From: Candidatus Tenderia sp. | GTDB lineage: Bacteria > Pseudomonadota > Gammaproteobacteria > Tenderiales > Tenderiaceae | DNA length: 20,747 nt | Reading direction: 5' to 3' | NCBI GenBank assembly: GCA_031416075.1 | Contig: JANOSY010000025.1 | Coordinates: 1 to 20,747 of the forward strand | In this document: positions 19,159 to 20,747 of the stretch, one piece after another | Position numbering within the stretch: the first letter of the stretch is position 1 | Layout: the number at the start of each line of letters is the position of its first letter | Notes under the pieces: model-generated | What the model was told of the DNA's origin: nothing | Seen by the model: only the letters and a program-made list of their open reading frames with translations | Databases searched by the model: none | Translations under genes and position numbers: made by a program

Positions 19159-20612
19159 TGCCGGACTCTCCTTTAGGCTGTGATGCCTTCGCTTGTGCGC
19201 GGTAGCGCGCCAGCGCAGCCACGCCTTCGGCCATGCGCTTTTCCCACGCGTCGGCTGAGTTGATGTCCGGCACGCGGCCACGCTCGTTCTTGAACTGCAA
19301 GGCGCGTTTTGCCAACTCACGGGCTTCGTCTTCGGGGATGCTCACTTTCTTGGCGGCAATGCTGGCCTGCACCTGACGTAGCGATTTTTCATCCATCGCC
19401 TTCGCCAGCACCGCATAGGCAGCATCGAAGGGGTTGATACGGTCGATCAGGTCAATGTCCAAGTCGCGCACATTGATAAACTTGCGCACCCCATCCAGTA
19501 ATGCCGTGCTGCCTTGCGCCGTGCCGCCGTTGGCATCGGCCTGAGCCAAAGCCAACTTAGCCTGCTGGTTGATATTCATGGCGGCAATGGCTTGCTGACG
19601 AATAGCTTCCTGATCGGTGTCACTCAACTCCGGGTAACGTTCGCGCACAATCTTGCCCATGTGCAACTGGGTCAGCTCTTCTGGCAGGGTGTTCTCTTTA
19701 TCGAACAAGCCGCGCTCCAGCACGGTTTTGTTCTGCAAAAAGCTGGTGACGACTTCGTTCAAGTCCTCCTTGCAGATGCGCGTAGCCTCAGGGCTTTGCG
19801 GTGTTATCAGCCCATTGATTTCCACATGAATCTGGCCGGTGTTCGTATTGACCCCGATGTTGTGGCCGCCGTCCTTGTAGCCTTGCTCTCCGTAATCAAA
19901 ACCATCCTTCGGTCCGTTGTTTTTTGGGGTGAACTCATAGCGCGGGGCCAGCACCTGCTCCATCAACAGACTGGCAGAAATGGCCTTGAGCATGTCGTTT
20001 ACCGCCTCGGCCACGGCGGCTTGTTCGGCCGCAGGCTCGGCGATCAGATTGGTGAAGCGCGCCCGTTCCTTGCCCTCGGCATCACGAGTAGCGCGGCCAA
20101 TGATCTGCACGATTTCAGTCAGACTGCTGCGGTAACCAATGGTCAGTGCATGTTCGCACCAAATCCAGTCAAAGCCTTCCTTCGCCATGCCCAGCGCAAT
20201 GATGATATCCACGTGGTCGCGATTATTCTTCTGTGCGGGATCTTTCAACGCAGTAAGCACTTTGGAACGCCTGGCCGGGTCACTGTCATCCACCAGGTCT
20301 GCCACTTTCAAGGTACGACCATCCTGAGTCTGTACCAGATGGAAGCCGGTGGTCGGGTCAACGCCTTGCCAACTGTCCTTCGAACCGCCCAGCGCTTGCA
20401 TGATGTCGTTCACCTCGCGCTCCTTATTTTTAAGGCTTTCGCGGGCATTCACATTGGGAATATGGACGATGGTTTTCAACGCCGGGTCCAACACCTTAGC
20501 GACGGCATCAACGTAACGGCCCGTGTAGAAGAAGTAGCCGATGTCCAGCGATTTGAGCCAGTTGTAACCGTTGAGCTGCTCGTAGTAGGTGTACGTGATC
20601 GTCTCGAATCTA
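19151..20612 (-). pseudogene. YeeB-like SF2 (DEAD/DEAH-type) helicase, 5'-truncated by IS insertion
   Basis: Motifs V/VI IALGMAKEGFD and QIIGRATRD are present; Walker A/B are absent. Helicase-like sequence stops abruptly at CTAG 20610-20613. Confidence 0.8.
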
Positions 20613-20747
20613 GTGTACTGTAACAAATAGTGTGATCATATATAATAGCGCTACTCCTTCCTTATTTTCTGGTGCGCTGACTATGCCTGTCCCCGTTGCT
20701 ATCTCACTCACAGAAGAAGAACGCCAAGAATTTCATCGCTGTTGTCG
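20611..20747 (+). mobile_element. Left end of an IS630-family insertion sequence (partial)
   Basis: Begins TA-GTGTACTGT at a CTAG target, with an abrupt drop in GC, TATAAT at 20641 and a transposase-like N-terminus. Confidence 0.7.
20683..20747 (+). CDS. IS630-family transposase N-terminus (partial)
   Basis: MPVPVAISLTEEERQEF resembles the IxLTEEERxxL start of IS630 transposases. Confidence 0.6.
   Translation, partial: MPVPVAISLTEEERQEFHRCC

Noticed and set aside
19514-20623. 369-aa plus-strand ORF opposite the helicase
   Set aside because: Antisense mirror frame with no motif support.

Overview
Gammaproteobacterial chromosomal window with a housekeeping core flanked by two accessory zones. 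Core (5.9-17.5 kb): ispB <- | rplU-rpmA-obgE-proB -> <- rpsT | murJ-ribF-ileS-lspA-ispH, with no fkpB. Left zone (1-5.9 kb, minus strand): a damaged or chimeric tRNA-Pro(CGG) followed by an IHF-like site, a two-gene Anbu (proteasome-type protease) + transglutaminase/DUF2126 amidoligase unit, a run of hairpins, a degenerate 46/92-bp periodic array of palindromic units, and a low-GC PEP-CTERM surface protein gene. Right zone (17.5-20.7 kb, minus strand): a YeeB-like helicase interrupted by an IS630-like element, a YeeC-like GIY-YIG/T5orf172 nuclease and a Fic remnant. Most notable observations: the periodic palindromic array, the half-degenerate tRNA, a 51-bp palindromic in-frame insertion in ileS, and the minimal Anbu/DUF2126 operon. 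All calls come from reading the sequence; no searches were run.
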